Of a DNA stretch of 64,000 nucleotides, positions 38,000 through 53,016 are shown piece after piece. Where the stretch lies: NCBI GenBank assembly GCA_040954595.2, contig CM082576.2, positions 19,887,028 through 19,951,027 on the forward strand, written 5' to 3'. A model generated the notes under the pieces. That model was not told the DNA's origin. It was given only the letters and a program-made list of their open reading frames with translations, and searched no databases. The stretch comes from Balanoglossus misakiensis (taxonomy: Eukaryota > Animalia > Hemichordata). A program made the position numbers and the translations under genes. How positions within the stretch are numbered: the stretch's first letter is position 1; the number at the start of each line of letters is the position of its first letter.

Positions 38000-40878
38000 A
38001 GCTCTGCATGGCCTGGTTAATCAATGTTGACGCAAAGGTTGACCCTACCAAACACTCAAAATTTATGGGCACGACACTGGCCACTAGCTCTGCATGGCCT
38101 GGTTAATCAATGTTGACGCAAAGGTTGACCCCACCAAACACTCAAAATTGATGGGCACGACACTGGCCACTAGCTCTGCATGGCCTGGTTAATCAATGTT
38201 GACACAAAGGTTGACCCCACCAAACACTCAAAATTGATGGGCACGACACTGGCCACTAGCTCTGCATGGCCTGGTTAATCAATGTTGACGCAAAGGTTGA
38301 CCCCACCAAACACTCAAAATTGATGGGCACGACACTGGCCACTACAATGTAGCTCTGCATGGCCTGGTTAATCAATGTTGACGCAAAGGTTGACCCCACC
38401 AAACACTCAAAATTGATGGGCACGACACTGGCCACTAGCTCTGCATGGCCTGGTTAATCAATGTTGACGCAAAGGTTGACCCCACCAAACACTCAAAATT
38501 GATGGGCACGACACTGGCCACTACAATGTAGCTCTGCATGGCCTGGTTAATCAATGTTGACGCAAAGGTTGACCCCACCAAACACTCAAAATTGATGGGC
38601 ACGACACTGGCCACTAGCTCTGCATGGCCTGGTTAATCAATGTTGACGCAAAGGTTGACCCCACCAAACACTCAAAATTGATGGGCACGACACTGGCCAC
38701 TACAATGTAGCTCTGCATGGCCTGGTTAATCAATGTTGACGCAAAGGTTGACCTCACCAAACACTCAAAATTGATGGGCACGACACTGGCCACTAGCTCT
38801 GGCCTGGCTAATCAATGTTGACGCAAGGGTTGACCCCACCAAACACTCAAAATTGATGGGCGCGACACTGGCCACTAGCTCTGGCCTGGCTAATCAATGT
38901 TGACGCAAGGGTTGACCCCACCAAACACTCAAAATTAATGGGCGCGACACTGGCCACTAGCTGTGGCCTGGCTAATCAATGTTGACGCAAGGGTTGACCC
39001 CACCAAACACTCAAAATTGATGGGCACGACACTGGCCACTAGCTCTGGCGTGGCTAATCAAGGTTGACGCAAAGGTTGACCCCACCAAACACTCAAAATT
39101 GATGGGCGCGACACTGGCCACTAGCTCTGGCGTGGCTAATCAAGGTTGACGCAAAGGTTGACCCCACCAAACACTCAAAATTGATGGGCACGACACTGGC
39201 CACTAGCTCTGGCCTGGCTAATCCAGGTTGACGCAAGGGTTGACCCCACCAAACACTCAAAATTGATGGGCACGACACTGGCCACTAAGCTCTGGCCTGG
39301 TTAATCAATGTTGAAGCAAAGGTTGACCCCACCAAACACTCAAAATTAATGGGAACGACACTGGCCACTAGCTCTGCATGGCCTGGTTAATCAATGTTGA
39401 CGCAAAGGTTGACCCCACCAAACACTCAAAATTAATGGGCACGACACTGGCCACTAGCTCTGGCCTGGCTAATCAAGGTTGACGCAAGGGTTGACCCCAC
39501 CAAACACTCAAAATTGATGGGCACGGCACTGGCCACTAGCTCTGGCCTGGCTAATCAATGTTGACGCAAGGGTTGACCCCACCAAACACTCAAAATTGAT
39601 GGGCACGACACTGGCCACTAGCTCTGGCCTGGCTAATCAATGTTGACACAAGGGTTGACCCCACCAAACACTCAAAATTGATGGGCACGACACTGGCCAC
39701 TAGCTCTGGCCTGGCTAATCAATGTTGACGCAAGGGTTGACCCCACCAAACACTCAAAATTGATGGGCGTGACACTGGCCACTAGCTCTGGCCTGGCTAA
39801 TCAATGTTGACGCAAGGGTTGACCCCACCAAACACTCAAAATTTGTGGGCACGACACTGGCCACTAGCTCTGCCGTGGCTAATCAAGGTTGACGCAAAGG
39901 TTGACCCCACCAAACACTCAAAATTGATGGGCGCGACACTGGCCCCTAGCTCTGGCCTGGCTAATCCAGGTTGACGCAAGGGTTAACCCCACCAAACACT
40001 CAAAATTAATGGGCGCGACACTGGCCACTAAGCTCTGGCCTGGCTAATCAATGTTGACGCAAGGGTTGACCCCACCAAACACTCATAATTGATGGGCACG
40101 ACACTGGCCACTAGCTCTGGCCTGGCTAATCAAGGTTGACGCAAGGGTTGACCCCACCAAACACTCAAAATTAATGGGCGCGACACTGGCCACTAAGCTC
40201 TGGCCTGGTTAATCAATGTTGAAGCAAAGGTTGACCCCACCAAACACTCAAAATTAATGGGAACGACACTGGCCACTAGCTCTGCATGGCCTGGTTTATC
40301 AATGTTGACGCAAAGGTTGACCCCACCAAACACTCAAAATTAATGGGCACGACACTGGCCACTAGCTCTGCATGGCCTGGTTAATCAATGTTGACGCAAA
40401 GGTTGACCCCACCAAACACTCAAAATTAATGGGCACGACACTGGCCACTAGCTCTGCATGGCCTGGTTAATCAATGTTGACGCAAAGGTTGACCCCACCA
40501 AACACTCAAAATTAATGGGCACGACACTGGCTACTAGCTCTGCATGGCATGGTTAATCAATGTTGACGCAAAGGTTGACCCCACCAAACACTCAAAATTA
40601 ATGGGCACGACACTGGCCACTAGCTCTGCATGGCCTGGTTAATCAATGTTGACGCAAAGGTTGACCCCACCAAACACTAAAAATTAATGGCCACGACACT
40701 GGCCACTAGCTCTGCATGGCCTGGTTAATCAATGTTGACGCAAAGGTTGACCCCACCAAACACTCAAAATTAATGGGCACGACACTGGCCACTAGCTCTG
40801 CATGGCCTGGTTAATCAATGTTAACGCAAAGGTTGACCCCACCAAACACTCGAAATTAATGGGCACGACACTGGCCAC
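38000..40878. repeat. Tandem satellite, 86-bp unit with 82- and 93-bp variants, ~34 copies
   Basis: Unit AGCTCTGCATGGCCTGGTTAATCAATGTTGACGCAAAGGTTGACCCCACCAAACACTCAAAATTGATGGGCACGACACTGGCCACT. Confidence 0.97.
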
Positions 40879-41879
40879 TACATGTATTTGTGATATTTTA
40901 CATGGTTAACCACGCCTTGAGAAAAGTAATTATAAGAGAACTTTGTTTCCAAAGTTAGGGGAGAATAATATAACGGGAGATGGGAGTACCTCAGGCTACT
41001 GAGCTCGTTCCCTTCCTCATGTACTTTACTGGGCGTATTTGATGTACTATAATAATTCCGGACAATAAATGAACGTAAATCAGATACGCTTCTCCGTGGA
41101 TCACGGTTCTCGTCAGAGCCCGTTACCTCATCGCTACAGATTCCCCGATGCATGAACAATCATGAGAAACCAGCGGTAATACAAGTGTCACGATTGAGTT
41201 TTAACGATCACAGATCTTGTTTATGATTACGTAAGAAGTCATTCACTTATATGGTTTTAGTCCAGTATTGACATTGGTACTTGACCCAGAGTAAACAAGA
41301 TTGTGTAATTGATACATGTCAGAACGAGATAGAGATATCACGCGCTAAGTTCATGTTTAAGAAATATCAAGATGACGTGTTCCTTTTATGACTTAATACT
41401 TGAATAACGTATTAATAAGGTGTGGTGAAATTTGAGATCACACATTTATCACCGGAGATCCGTGATGGGAGTCAACGAGCATAGATCGAGTCGTGTAATT
41501 CTTACGTGTGACCAGTAATAAACCAGAACTTTGTGTTACTCGGAAAACTTCTTGCAAGTCTCTGTCTACGAAAGGTTTACGATCTGCCGGGTACCTCTCT
41601 CGGACTTTATGAATATGTTGGGTGGAGAAGGAGATGGAGAGAATGTACGCCGTCAGCTTTCGGACGTGGCTGATTCCCCACAGAAGCCGATGAGGTAAAC
41701 GTCCGGAGGACGACCGGCCGTAACAACAAACTGCATGAATTAAAGTTCAACAATCCTTAGAAGACAGGAACGTCAGAGGTTGAATCTTGATGGGAAAAGG
41801 CGAGGTATCGCTGGTTATCATCGGCGTACTGATGAAATTGTAGGATGTGGGGACGAATCGGTTTACTATAAAGTGGGGC

Positions 41880-42058
41880 TATATAAATGGTGAACAACAG
41901 AGGGGCAGTGGCACCCCGTATACGAGAGGTGACTGTGAACTTGCAGTGTTTTCGATGATTACAGTTTGATATCTATATTTAAGGTAAGATGTAAACCATG
42001 TTAGTACTGTGTCTGAGATGCCAAGGTTCGATAGTCTACAAAGAAGTATCCCGTGATG
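41880..42058 (-). mobile_element. LINE (CR1/L2-type) reverse transcriptase fragment
   Basis: HGILLCRLSNLGISDTVLTWFTSYLKYRYQTVII...YGVP is the conserved non-LTR RT segment before the QG motif. Confidence 0.8.
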
Positions 42059-44397
42059 CAAATGTACAACTGAAGAAAAAAGGAATCACAAATCTTAAAA
42101 CTAAGATGCCGTTAAGAATTAAATTTCGCGAAAAGGAAGTGACGAAATACGTACATTTTCCGGTGCTCTACAACAAGTAGTCTCCCTATCATCCCTATTG
42201 GAGCATGCAGCTAAAATTTACCATGACGTCATTGATTCTACGCGAACGTTTTTCTAATGGCGATAAACATATTTTGTATAACTTGTGCTCAAACGCCCGT
42301 GAATCTCACTCGCAAAAATTCACAAGTGGCGCATACAACACTAGGAAGAAAATTGTTTAGCAGTCTATAGAGTTTGTGACCTGAGATTTGGAAGTAAAAG
42401 TTAAACTTGAGACAGAAGTGATTGAAGAGTAAAGAAACTTTTGAAGTGTTAAGAAAGTTATCGCATTCCTGATGAAAAGAAAAGAAAATACAATACATTC
42501 ATTGTTTTAAGGAACACAAGGAAGACAAGTACTATGCAATCAGAGTATGCATGGATCATTCATCTAAAAATATATCTCCGCGTCTTTTGGCGGGTAAAAA
42601 TAAAATGCTGGAACGGTCTTTTGGATGGCGGACTATTTGTGTCCTTCTTGTCCTCAGAACGCAAGTGGTCGAGTAGGTTTATTTCATTAAATTTTTATAT
42701 TCTCAGTTGCTACCATAAATACCCAGTGTTCGTGTCGATGTATCTGGACGTCAGCACGATTCCATATAGGTACCTCTCAGTATTAGCCAAGCGAGTTATC
42801 CCCATCGATAGAGTTTAATTCCCCGTTACATTCCCAACACCAATCCTCCCGCGTGACATTGAGGTTGAAGGTATACAAGCCTTAGGAATCATGCAACCAT
42901 CCAGAAAGTGTAATAAATTTTGAAGCTATGATGTGAGTTTTCAGTTCGTTTCTTCTTTTGATTTGTTGATGTAACATTGTGCGTTTTAAATAAAAGATAA
43001 AAAAATGTACAGCAATGACGTCACAAAATTCACTGGTATTGATAAAGCTATATTATATCATATATTATATGTGTTAAATACTACCGTATCTCATTATTGC
43101 AGTATTTCGTGCTTTAACACAAAATACGCGAATAGGGTTTAATACAAAACTAAATGACACAATTTCTGTTTCTTTGCCAAAATTCTTAATCACAAGATCA
43201 ACCCATCCTTACGCCTCTACTCTATTGCTAAGAGAAACCAGCGTCCGTAACATGCATTGTGAAACCCCTCAACAACATGCATGTCAACACTTCATTTTTT
43301 CTCCAGCATTGTCAGTTTGGTACTCTGACAACTCACGGGGCATCATGGGACAATATTAAAGCTGATTCAGTGTTTATGTGCATAAAACACACGGCGGTGG
43401 AAACATTCGTTTTAAATTATTGTGGACGCGCGCACGCCCTTGTCTGTGTACAGGTACTTGATGCTTGTCTACAGTCACGTGAAACGCTGTTGGTAGTACC
43501 CTAGAAGATAGATATCTTTAATCAGAACTTTGGTAAGGAAGGTTTGAGAAGTCCATTCTATGTAAAGAAAGTTTAAGAAGTGTGTTACCAAAGGGTGTGG
43601 GGGTGGCTGGGGGTCATCAATATATCACTCTGCATCACGTTCACAGAAAAGGTCGCGACACGCCCACAAATCCACTCACGACTTGCGTCACCGGTTACAG
43701 GAGTTCGTACAAAAGTGTGGTTTATGCACATTTACACTGAATCAGTTTTTTTGGCCCATGATGCCCATGGGCAAATACAGGCCACGATGCCTCCAGAATG
43801 ATGATGGCAATGATGGTGATGATGATGATTGTGGTGGTGGTGGTGATTGAGCTTTAATTTCCCTTTCTTCCTGTCTAACCACTTCCTCTCTCACCTTCAC
43901 TTATTCGGTCTCTCCCCTCCCCTTCTGTCAAAGTCCTCCCCTCATTCCCTTTCCATCCTGACATTCTCATTTCCGCCCTCTTGCTTTTCTTCTCCTTTCT
44001 CACATTCCTTTTCTCACCTCTCCCCCCCCCCTCCGTAACATGTTATGTAATATATAAAGTAAAAAAGTCCAAAGCATGATGTTATCACAGATGACATTTG
44101 GAATGTATTATTGTACTATCTGGTTTAATTTCAAACATAGTGGAGTTATTTATTGGCCAGTATTTAAGCATGTTTAAAGAAGTCAAACAGCATAATAGGC
44201 ACATTTCATATCAAACAAAATTGATCAAATAAGCTCAAAAGAGGATTTGAACAATTTGTCCCTTTAAGTAATGTTCAATATTAGATTTACACTTGTGATT
44301 GTATGTCATCTCCCTTTTGTTAGAAACCTCACAGTCATATAATAAACGGGTGTAGCATGCTGGAAGGGTGTGCTTACCCATTTCCGACACCTAGTAC

Positions 44398-44846
44398 CAC
44401 AGGGGCTGCAAATATGAAAGTTATAAATGGCGAAGTACGTTCCATTCTGCGTTTTCCCAACCTGTCTTATCATTTGCTAATCCAGAATAAAAGCTATCCA
44501 TTTCCCATTAATCACCTGCTAACGACTTAATCTGTGTGCCCCATCCACGGATTAAGTTAATAAAGTAAACATCGGTCAGCGAGTACTGGGTATTCTCTTA
44601 CCAAGTGAGAACTGACCGATGTTTACTTAATCCACTAAATCCGTGGATGGGGCACACAGATTAAGTCGTTAGCAGGTGCTTAATGGGAAATGCAATAGTT
44701 TGTATTCTGGATTAGCAACTGCTAAGACAGGTGGAGGTAACACAGAAAAATAAACAAGCGCAAAGACTGTTCATCAATTAATGTTTATTGGGGGAAAATG
44801 CAGGAACTCCGCCATTTATAACTTTCATGTTTGCAGCCCCCCTGTG
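44398..44846. mobile_element. Hairpin MITE, almost entirely palindromic
   Basis: CACAGGGGCTGCAAATATGAAAGTTATAAATGGCG ... CGCCATTTATAACTTTCATGTTTGCAGCCCCCCTGTG; inner arms 44460-44580 vs 44610-44731. Confidence 0.8.
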
Positions 44847-46484
44847 CAAGTACTACCACTTAGCAGTGGTTCAAGATGATCCTGTTGAAATTGTAAGTTT
44901 TTTCTCTTATTTCTTTTTTGAACCTGGACCTGGTAATTAGCTTAGCTTTAGTAATATTGATTATTGGACCTGGTTTGATGTCTTATTATAACAACTACAG
45001 AAGAATCTCTGGACACAGTGAAATACACTCCAGGGTTATGGTAATGACTGACAAATTGTCAGTTTAAAAAAGTAGACAAAGAACTCAGTTAAATATTATA
45101 ATAAAAATATGCTTTAATATAAGGAAAAGGTACAATTGATATACTTGTAATTAAAACTTAAATATAATGATGAAATTCTTCAACTGTTCTGTAGTTGCAC
45201 CAGTATTTGTATAAGCTAAAAATGTTGACTTCTGGCAGGACAACTCAAACAGATATTAAACTTATTTATAGTACTTCCACTTCATGACTTTGTTCAAAAA
45301 TTTCCCAAACTTATTTCATTGTTGATGAGTTGTCACCTCCGAACAACACAAAAAGGAACAGTTTGTATAAAAAAGTAATTTTGCATGAATCTTAAACATA
45401 CATGCACAAGTTGAGTGAATAACACAATATAATCATATTCTACAATGAATTACAATATCAAGATTAAGGGTTTCACATATGACATTACATTGCTACATTT
45501 TATATACATGAATTTAATTTGAAAAATTTCCATTGATCTATAACACCATGAATAATATAAAAATATGCGAATAAATACTTTGAATTATTATATATACATG
45601 TCAGGTCTCAAAGTGAGTAACTATATTTCCATTCACCTATGAACTGGTTATTAACCAAATGAAATGATAGGATCTTTTATTTTGAGGATCTTATAATTGT
45701 GATCATACACATCCATATTCCAAAATTCGCATGCCAAACAAATATCAGATTTATACGGCCAGTTGTAAAGACAGTACAAGGGGCAAAAAAATTGATAATA
45801 GTTAATCATCATCTCCCTTCTTTTACAGTCTTGGAGAATGGTGACGGTTGAAGTCAAATTAAAGAAAAATATCAAGAAAAATATCAAAATTTGAAGCACT
45901 AATTCAGGAGGATATATATCATCGGGAGGTAGTCACTGAATATATTGAGAGAAATAATTCATAATCTATGCATTTGGATGAAAAGACCTTCTACCTGATC
46001 AAGTTAAGGATAAATGCTGCCTTGTATGAATACAGAAGCAAGTCAGCATGCAAAGGGAGAGCTGAATTGGTACACAGTTAAATTTGTCCTCCAAATTCAA
46101 CAAAAATATGTTGTTGTTTAGGAATTCTCGTATTATCATATCTTTTTCATTACACAATACCTTATAATAAGTCATAACAAATTTTTAAGGAAAATTCTTT
46201 AAAATATGTAAAATATATAGCCTTATAACCAACATACTTTAAAGATGATTATTTATGATCATTTCATTCAGATGTTGCTAAGAGTGTAATAATAAAGATC
46301 TGTTTCACTCCAACCAATTTAATGTGCGCTTATCACAGTACTGTCGTCTGACAAAGCATAACTATTATTGTTATCATTTATGGGATTATACCAAGCTTAT
46401 CACAGTACTGTGTCAACTCACAAAATGAAACCATTCTAGTTATCATTTGAATTATACCATACATGTACACACAGAGATGGCACA

Positions 46485-48010
46485 TTAGAAGTATCTGTCT
46501 CCGTGACTCTCATGAAATAGTTCATTTCTACTCTTAAGAGGCCTTGGTCTCCATTCCTCACTTCCACTGGCACTACCACTGTCGCCACTATACATGGGAT
46601 TGTAGTGATAGATTTCTCTGAAGGCTTCCTCATCTTCCACAATTTTCCCTGCCTTGCTATCAACATCATCTGTATCATCAAACCAATGGATATCCATAGT
46701 TGCCTCTTGTTCTTCCCAGCCTGGATGTTTCTTTCCTCCAAGAGCACACCTGAATGTCAAATAGTTGAACATCATCAATGTGGGATTTGTTGTGATGTTG
46801 TTACTACTGTAGAATAACGCAGGTGGTTGTTGGACACTTTGCGGTCTGGTCGCGTGACTTTGCCTTGTTAGCCGCCATGCATGTTGAACGCAAATTATAC
46901 CATGATGCACTGCAGTTACCCTATACGCTAATAGGTCTATGCATGAACTCTTTGAATAAATTTGCTTCCACGATACAGATGTGATTATTTTTCACGTTGC
47001 CTCATGCATGTATGGAAAGATACAGGTAAATTCCCAGTTTTCTGATGGGCAACATGTCTACAGCTGTCTCGATTCTACTCTGGTAGTACTAAATAACTTA
47101 CCGTTGGTACATGAGTAACATTATTACACCAAGCACTAACACAGCCGCTAAACCTCCCGCAACACCACCAATGATGACAGCTGTGTCAACGGAGGAATCT
47201 GTAAGAGTTTAAATATTTCTATTTGTCACGGGGGCGATATGCTACGATAAAAGCAAGAAAACCATTCATTATGATGCTTAACTATTGTAAAATGGTTAGT
47301 TGACCAAAAATCTAGTTATACTGCAGATGTTGCAGTTTCACCATTTTCACAAATATTTTCAAGACAACGTAAACTGTAATCATGTAGATCAAACAAATGT
47401 GTAAACTTTAGTGAATATTGTTTTTCAATCTTGAGTTATTAAAAGACAAAGAAATGTATACACACCTTTAACTTGCATTGGTATTCTCTGGCGGCAAGTT
47501 TCACCTTGATATTCATCAGTACATTCACAAACAGGATTGCCATCACTGTCCTTGATGCAAACAGCATTGTTTGAGCAGAACCCTTCACATTTATCTAGAC
47601 ACAAGAATAAAATCACATCACATTATTCTACCTGACGAACCATTTGTATTAGACAAGAACTAAACCCACTTGCAGATTCATTTCTTACAAACGGAATGGA
47701 AGTTGTGTGCTGTCGAACATTGATTCACTATATATCCACATGTACCGGGTGAATAACATAAACAGTGTCTTGTATCAAACATAATTAATGGAAAAAGGGC
47801 AGCAAGAGCTATACTAAATCAACAGTAGTGTCTACGTTTTAGCTGTACATATTTCTGTTGACATTTCAGTTGTAGATAGTTACATACCTGTACAAGTTAT
47901 TCCATCACCAGTGAAACCAGTTTTGCAAGTGCATTCATATCCTGGTACAAGATTCCTGCAAGTGGCATTTGGGTGACAGTCATCCAGACCAAGACGACAT
48001 TCATGTGCAT
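46485..48010 (-). CDS. EGF, EGF, transmembrane and cytoplasmic exons
   Basis: DAHECRLGLDDCHPNATC...; DKCEGFCSNNAVC...; AVIIGGVAGGLAAVLVLGVIMLLMY; tail with YHYNPMY. Confidence 0.85.
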
Positions 48011-48090
48011 CTAGAAAACAAAAATTCTTGCAATGTCTTTAACTGACCACCAAATAAAACTATGGGATCTTCATACATATCACCAGTTAA

Positions 48091-48273
48091 AGGTATACGG
48101 TCACCTATGGAAAATTAGCTATAGTTACCATGGCAAAAGGAGATCTAGCCAATCACAGATTTTCAGTGGGTGGCACATGCAAAAAAGAGCGCCACCATAT
48201 GTTCTTTAGAACTCTCATATACTCCATTTCAGCCATATATGGGCGTTTGTAAATTGGAGGTGACTGTATACCT
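48091..48273. mobile_element. Kolobok-type MITE (intronic)
   Basis: TTAA|AGGTATACGGTCACCT ... AGGTGACTGTATACCT|TTAA. Confidence 0.85.
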
Positions 48274-48578
48274 TTAAGTTAGATGACTACCCAGATGCAG
48301 TGCATGGTTATCACATTCCATAGCCTAACATGTAGAATTCTGAGAAAACAGTATTACAATATTGTTATTTCCGTGAAATTTTCAGAAAAGGTGTTAAAAG
48401 AGGAGCATTATTAAATTATATAAAAATGTTGGATCACACAACATATCAAATGATACTCTAAATAAAGAAGAAAATTTCTTATAATGAAGTGTTTGTGTCA
48501 GATTGAACAGTTAAGGTTGATCTCCACAAGCACTTCATGCATGTTATCAGTTCTATGATTATGAAAAATTATTCCTAC

Positions 48579-49873
48579 CATCACATTCTGTTTCATATAG
48601 GGCACCCTCTCTGCCTGTAGTGTAGCCAGTTGGGCATGGTTGACAAGCATCCTGGTTGAATTCAAAGTTATATGTTCCAACAGGGCATTTCTCACATCTA
48701 TAGGACTCCTGATTCAAGTACCAACCAACATTGCAGTAAGCTGTTGATGGAATGGAAAAAGAGCATAGAATAAAATTGGAGGACTATCATTATTCTGAAC
48801 AACTGAGGCACAATAATACAACCTTCAGTTCAGTACAGTTGAGATACAACATGAAAAGTTGTATACATAATACTTACAAACATTACAATCTTCACTTAAG
48901 GTTGAACCGACTGCTCTTGTGGTGAAGCCAAATGGGCACGGCATACAAGATGGCTGAAGTTCAGCATTTGATCGATAGGTTCCCATGGGACACGACTCAC
49001 AAGACCCATTGACACTAAGTTGGACTCCCACTGATTTACATACCTCTGTAATTGAGAAGATTAATTTTTTGATATTCACGATTATCTGCTTTTCACTCAC
49101 GTGAATTTGTTAAACTGTTGAATATGTTACATATCTGGCGGTTCTAAAGTAAAAACCTACTCGGAAAAAAGTTTACTGGATGCTGAAATATTGCTTGCCT
49201 GTCACTTACAAATGATAACGCCATGGGTACGTCACATGGCCAGATCATGTGATTGATAGTCAAGAATAGCAAATAACACAAGTACCTAACCTGACATTGT
49301 GACTCATCAGTAGCTCCTTCAACTAATGTAAGCATTCCCTTTGGGCAAGTATTACACACAAACTTTCCTTCTTCTGATTGCCAGAATCCAATGGGGCTGC
49401 TTTGGCACTAAGAAGTCCCGTTGTCAAAGTGGTGACCAACATCGCACCTCTCTGCAATAGACATCATTGTTGAAAAATTATTTTTTCAACCAAAGAGATG
49501 AACATTCCAATTGTCATTCTTTCCATATTGGATCACACCACAATAATTTGATATATACGTCACAATTCCCGTCAAGGGGTATGGGGTTTTATCGGGCCAG
49601 TGGCATGAGTGAGGCTAGACGCTAGTTTTGGAAGCAAAGCGGACAAAATACGGCTAGATACTAGGCTATGGCTGTGGACGAGGAGGAGATATTGCCTTCT
49701 GTTATACATAACAAAACACTGCAAGATGGATAATGATCTCTTTCCCCTGGTGACTCCATTATTTGGACAGGCATTGCATGCTGTTTGTCCTTCAAGGGGT
49801 TGATAATATCCAATTGCACAAGGATGGCACTGACTCAGCTCAGTGTCATGGTACGACCCTTCAGGACACAATA
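48579..49873 (-). CDS. Four ephrin-receptor-like (GCC2/GCC3) repeat exons
   Basis: C..G.Y......C..C..G.YQ...GQ..C..CP pattern in each exon; one contains a TAG. Confidence 0.8.
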
Positions 49874-50687
49874 CTGTGGAAATACAAAATGTTGAAGGCA
49901 GATGTATACATTGTTCATGTACTGATCATTATGCATTAATGGTTTAAAACACAACTACAATTGTAACACACAGCATTCATTTTGGCCAGTTTTTCACTCT
50001 TGTGTCTACAAGTGGGATTGCAGTTGTGTGTGGTTGAATGTTGATTCACTATATATCCACATGTAGAATAACATTAACTGTGTCTTCTATCAAACATAAT
50101 TAATGGAAAAAGGGCAGCGAGAAAGAGACTTTGTCCCTCCTTGGTATGAGCATATCAAATCAATTATTTCCTTATATCACCTCTTGGTTGGGTTGTATTT
50201 ACCACTCACACTTGTCTTTAATTTGTACACTGCGACTCACAACCACACTCGCAGCAATACGGCCCACCTAACAGGTCATATCAGGCGATATAAACATATT
50301 AACATCTACACCTTTTTATAATATTAATTTTGGACACAGTTTTAATCCTTTCACCACCATGGTTCAGTCCAAACCAATTGTTTTCTATGGTAAGGTTTGA
50401 CCTCTATAGAGGAAACTGGGAGTGAAAGGGTTAAAGTACATAACAACTGAGGAGTATAGGCACTCACCACATTCTTCTCCAACAAGAACACTACCATTGG
50501 AACAGAATATTGTACTTTCAACTTGTAATGTCTCAGCGTCGACCGAATATTCAGCTGTATCAAAAGGACCATTCTTGACTGCATCTTCAATAACTACAGC
50601 TGCAGCATCAGCAGAGCTAATGGAAAAAATGCAACATGCAAAAAATTCTTACATATGCCACATTACAATACCAACCGGAAGTGTGTA

Positions 50688-50895
50688 CTGTAAACTGGGT
50701 TGTTTTCACGACAGGAAATTTTCGCGATATTAAAAGAGGCGACTGTTACGTGAGGACGAATTTTCGAGTTCTCGTATTTCACTAACTGCATCATTATCTC
50801 CAAAAACATTTTACACAACTTTTTATTTTAACGTTTTTTTGACCAGCGCATGTTTTGCAGAAATTTACTGCTCGCGAAAATAACACGTTTTGCAG
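50688..50895. mobile_element. TA-flanked MITE
   Basis: TA|CTGTAAA ... TTTGCAG|TA with TTTTCACG/CGCGAAAA subterminal motifs. Confidence 0.65.
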
Positions 50896-52729
50896 TATAT
50901 TTCGAATGCATGAATCTTTAGAATACAGGATGCCGCAACATGAAGGAAGGTGGGCAGAACTGATGGGGTTGCCAAAAACTGAAAATGTTTGAGTGTTAAG
51001 ACACAAAATAATTTGTTTTCACTTGCATGAATGGAATATTTTGCAATAATGCAAACACCAGCTGTATAGGGAATACAGAGCTGGTCCTCACACAGCCTGG
51101 GATCAGTACCCTAGACATGTCACCAAAGTCATTTCAATAGAACAGAAGGGGAATAAAATACTCGAAAAATAACAATTACTACTCACGCATTGGTTGTGAA
51201 ACTGAACTGAACCACAAGCTGAGTATCAGCCTGTCTCTTTCTTCGGTTTGAGGCGCCGCAGGTTATTTCAAGGTCATCAAAGTTGCATTCACCGCCACAA
51301 ATACCAAACAAATCATTCAGATAGTTGATAGTGTTCATAAAATTGCTGGATGACACCATTGTTACATGTACCAGCCTGTGAATTGTATGACACGCCACAA
51401 TTCACTCCACGTTGAGTCTTCCCAGGAGCTGCAGTAGAACAATACAAACAAACAAATTTTGTTAAAGATGCAATTTTCAATCTAGCGAACGATGTATTGA
51501 CTTAGACTGCTAAACCGCTTAGCCAATCAGGAAAGTTACAGCTGCTTACCCAGAACAAAATATTAAGAAAATAGCTCAAATGTACTGGAGCTTTATATTG
51601 GGGTAAGCAGATATGATGTTAACAGATTATCTACCTGTAATCACAACCTTGACATACTGTAAAGCAAGAATTTGCATTACTCATATTTCTGTTTTCATTT
51701 ATAACTAAAAGAAAATTGTCTCAATGCTGGAATACCCCCTCTCACAACTCTCTCTCTTTGGAGAATTTTCTGAATGTGCATGTGCAACCTGATTATATTT
51801 CTTTACTGATACCAAATCATTTTTTTCTCACCTGAACATCCAGGGAAGGTGAATTCCTCGTCTGGATTCTCAGGATTAAAAGATCCTTCACTATGGCAGA
51901 GATAGTAAGGTGCTGGCAGGCTTGCAAACTTGTACCCTGGTAAACAATCCACCTGACAGAACACACCCGACTCAAACTCATTACAGATGGAAATACCTTT
52001 AACTGGTGGTGCTGGCTTTTCACAATCAAATGATGTAAAAGAAAGGAGAACACAGTTTATTTGTCTATATATATATTTTTAATTTTATTTCGTCTATCAT
52101 CCAACAGGCAAATACTACCCAAATGTCTGTGTCTCATATATCATCCAACAGGCAAATACTACCCAAATGTCCAGGTCTAGGTAACGAACCCACAACCCTA
52201 GCCACTAGGGCACAATGCCTCTTTTACCAGGTTCACACAGGGTAAAATTTGAGACACTATTTGCCAGTGCTAACAACAGAGCTTTAATCCTTTGAGTCAT
52301 GTTGTGTCCACACACACAAAGTTTATGTATGGGCGCTGAGGCTCGGCCCCATAGACAATGGGTTGCGGAGAGGTGTTAATCCTTACACCGGCTCAGGTCT
52401 GGCTGGCAGAGCCGTCTAAAATCTGAGACGTTTCAGGACCACTTACACCGTCCACACATGTTTTTTTAAGACAGTATCAATTCTGAGATGCTTCAGAACT
52501 GTCTTAATGGTGTATGTGTGACACAGTCAAATCTTTTAAACAGAACACCAACACATTAACATGTTTCTATGTAAAAGGGACTAGGAAAAGCTGTTGGTTG
52601 AAGAGAGGTTTCCCGATTAGACAGGGTTTGTTTTAGACGGGTTTGAGTTTCCTTGTATGTTCTGAATGATGTTGTTATAATTTTTGATAGTTACATAGGG
52701 ACAAAAGTGATAATGATGCAATCATATTA

Positions 52730-52919
52730 CTGTAAAACGGCAAATTTTCCCAAACTTCGGCAAAAAAGAAGAAGAAGATAAAGTCGCATAAAATGTTTTT
52801 CAGAGATAACAGAGTAGTTAGTAAAATACTAGAATGCGGAAATTTAATTCTCGTGTCACAGTTGCCTCTTTTGATATATTGCAAAATATTTTCTGTCACG
52901 AAAATGTCCTGTTTTACAG
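52730..52919. mobile_element. TA-flanked MITE, similar end structure to 50688-50895
   Basis: TA|CTGTAAAAC ... GTTTTACAG|TA. Confidence 0.7.
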
Positions 52920-53016
52920 TATGTGACAAGACATAACAAGGGGTAGAGATGACAATTTGTCAAGATATTAATTAATTTGTAAAGTTTATGTAGGAATGAT
53001 AAAAAAATTCACTCAC

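Noticed and set aside
38000-40878. CRISPR-like array
   Set aside because: Units are contiguous near-identical repeats with no unique spacers, there are no cas genes, and the context is eukaryotic.
40883-41725. Possible solo LTR (TG...CA, AATAAA near 41517)
   Set aside because: No TSD, second copy, PBS or PPT could be identified.
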